DNA of 64,000 nucleotides from a virus: IMG/VR virus record IMGVR_UViG_3300045988_172839, positions 1 to 64,000 of that record; one strand, 5' to 3'. Shown piece by piece: positions 62,842 to 64,000 of this stretch (position 1 is its first letter; each line of letters starts with the position of its first letter). The notes under the pieces were generated by a model. It saw only the letters and a program-made list of their open reading frames with translations, ran no database searches and was not told where the DNA came from. The position numbers and the translations under genes were made by a program.

Positions 62842-63492
62842 CTACCTAGACTGAGCTAATTGTAAGACTGCATAGATTTCATTATCTAACTTAGAAACCG
62901 CTGCTAACTCTTGTTTTGTGAGTTTCTTCTTGCCGAAAACCTTCCCTCCATAACTAAAAGTTTTAATTACAGAACCTTTACTAGCTATTGGCTTTGGAGG
63001 TGTAAATGCAGGCTCTTGCGAGGATACCGCAGACTGCTCCGTTCCATATTTAACAACCGCTTTCATATTCTTCTTACTAGAATGTTCTAAACGAATAGTG
63101 TCTAAAGAACTCTTACACAAGTTGTTTGCAATCAAATCCACATTTACTTGCTCATTTGTTTGTAGCAAATAGTCTGTATAAATCGGCTCACTAAAGAAAC
63201 TGTAATAAGAATCCACTACTTCCAAGTCTGCAGATTCAAAATATCGACCAAAGAGTACAACTTCAGTAGTTCGAGCGTGATCCATTAAAAAAGTACGCAA
63301 GTTGCTAAACTCTTGCGGTGAATTTACATTTACACAGTTAATAATCAAACGCTCACAACGAAGAGCCTTACGACTCGCCATGTTCAGAAAAGCACCGATA
63401 GAATTGAAACCTTCCACCTCTTTCAAACCATGCGACTCCCTCACTGCATTTACTACTTGCTCACTCTTCTCTCCAAAAATTAAACCAATCAT
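62842..63492 (-). CDS. Hypothetical protein
   Basis: 216-aa ORF. The N-terminal ~120 aa have an alternating beta/alpha pattern (MIGLIFGEK...RLIINCV...VVLFG) that could be receiver-like. This is unverified. Confidence 0.5.
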   Translation of the reverse strand: MIGLIFGEKSEQVVNAVRESHGLKEVEGFNSIGAFLNMASRKALRCERLIINCVNVNSPQEFSNLRTFLMDHARTTEVVLFGRYFESADLEVVDSYYSFFSEPIYTDYLLQTNEQVNVDLIANNLCKSSLDTIRLEHSSKKNMKAVVKYGTEQSAVSSQEPAFTPPKPIASKGSVIKTFSYGGKVFGKKKLTKQELAAVSKLDNEIYAVLQLAQSR

Positions 63493-63518
63493 CTAAAGAC
63501 ACCCTCTACTTTCTTATC

Positions 63519-63977
63519 CTAAAATAAGTCCAATTCATCTGAACTTTCAATTTTATTCACTTGACGACTACTAGAGCCACCAAACAAATCTTCCGCACTT
63601 ACATCAGCACCTTTATTCACAGATTTTTGAGAGTTATCCACAGGTGTTGACAACTCTTCCGCAGAAACATCTGTTTCAAGCACACTTGTTAAGCCACTTG
63701 CTTGTTTTGTTGAGCTACTTTCTGTTCCAAACAAGTCCAACACTTCTGCTTGGGTTTGTTTTGCTTTCTCTTTACCTTTTTTCTTGGTTTTCTTAGGTTG
63801 AGTTTTCGCTTGTTCTGCAGATACCCTTGCTTGTGCTTGTTGTTTTCTGTACTGCTCTTCTTGTTTCAAGCGAGCTTCTGATAGAGAAGTGTTCACTTGT
63901 TTTCTACGGTTTTGGGCGTCTCCTAACCACAATAGACGAAGACTGGAACGCTCAGACTTCTGAACTGCTTGGTTCAT
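63519..63977 (-). CDS. Hypothetical lysine/serine-rich protein
   Basis: 152-aa ORF. Its start overlaps the upstream stop codon (ATGA). Confidence 0.5.
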   Translation of the reverse strand: MNQAVQKSERSSLRLLWLGDAQNRRKQVNTSLSEARLKQEEQYRKQQAQARVSAEQAKTQPKKTKKKGKEKAKQTQAEVLDLFGTESSSTKQASGLTSVLETDVSAEELSTPVDNSQKSVNKGADVSAEDLFGGSSSRQVNKIESSDELDLF

Positions 63978-64000
63978 GGCTTCGGTAACTGAAAACTCAG
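63974..64000 (-). CDS. 3' end of an upstream CDS that continues beyond the window
   Basis: Open frame ...LSFQLPKP* ending in a TGA that overlaps the ATG of 63519..63977. Confidence 0.3.
   Translation of the reverse strand: MSFQLPKP

Larger units (their letters stand above)
171..63825 (+). repeat. Dispersed strand-polar heptamer GATACCS (SGGTATC on the coding/minus strand)
   Basis: I logged at least ~110 copies by manual scan. Examples: 171-176, 548-553, 1521-1526, 1869-1874, 4077-4082, 5700-5705, 12613-12618, 16329-16334, 17577-17582, 24558-24563, 56578-56583, 63820-63825. I saw the reverse complement GGTATC on the plus strand only ~8 times. Confidence 0.8.

Noticed and set aside
1-64000. 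Interpreting the polar motif as a known Chi, KOPS/SRS or restriction site
   Set aside because: It does not match the Firmicute Chi sequences (AGCGG, GAAGCGG, GCGCGTG) or the KOPS/SRS sequences (GGGNAGGG, GAGAAGGG, GAAGAAG) that I remember. Restriction sites are usually depleted rather than enriched. The FtsK-like protein shows no recognisable gamma domain. I kept it as an open hypothesis and did not assign it.
1-64000. CRISPR arrays, rRNA genes, retron/DGR reverse transcriptases
   Set aside because: I saw no regularly spaced direct repeats of 25-40 bp, no rRNA-like sequence and no RT motifs (YxDD) in any long ORF.

Overview
All credible genes in this 64 kb window, about 75 CDS and 7-8 tRNAs, lie on the minus strand. 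Most are tightly packed or overlap at start/stop codons. The content looks like part of a large mobile or extrachromosomal replicon, or a jumbo-phage-like element, from a low-GC Firmicute. The HU protein looks streptococcal from memory. From low to high coordinates the window holds: (1) a tRNA array with unusually long structured spacers (1-1861). (2) Host-like HU and signal peptidase I. (3) A cell-envelope and signalling block with a 1185-aa repeat surface protein, a Hanks Ser/Thr kinase, a tail-type lysozyme, secreted and membrane proteins, a YhaM-like HD/OB protein, a PP2C phosphatase and an FHA protein. (4) A replication and DNA-metabolism block with a family-A DNA polymerase carrying large extensions, an orphan N6-adenine methyltransferase, LigA-like fragments, a ParB-HNH fusion, a RuvC-like protein, a primase zinc-finger protein, a DnaB-like helicase, an SNF2 helicase and a metallophosphatase. 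(5) A HipS/HipT-like split kinase pair and other single-gene units that have their own sigma-A promoters and terminators. (6) An FtsK/TcpA-like translocase and a VirB4-like ATPase. (7) An intact IS607-type insertion (tnpA plus tnpB) with an omega-RNA-like hairpin. I could recognise no capsid, portal, terminase or tail genes. The most unusual signal is not a gene. The heptamer GATACCS (SGGTATC on the coding strand) occurs at least ~110 times on one strand against ~8 for its reverse complement. It appears in all reading frames and in non-coding DNA, is spaced more evenly than chance, and sits 6-7 nt upstream of three tRNA 5' ends. All counts and alignments were done by eye and from memory, so they need computational confirmation.
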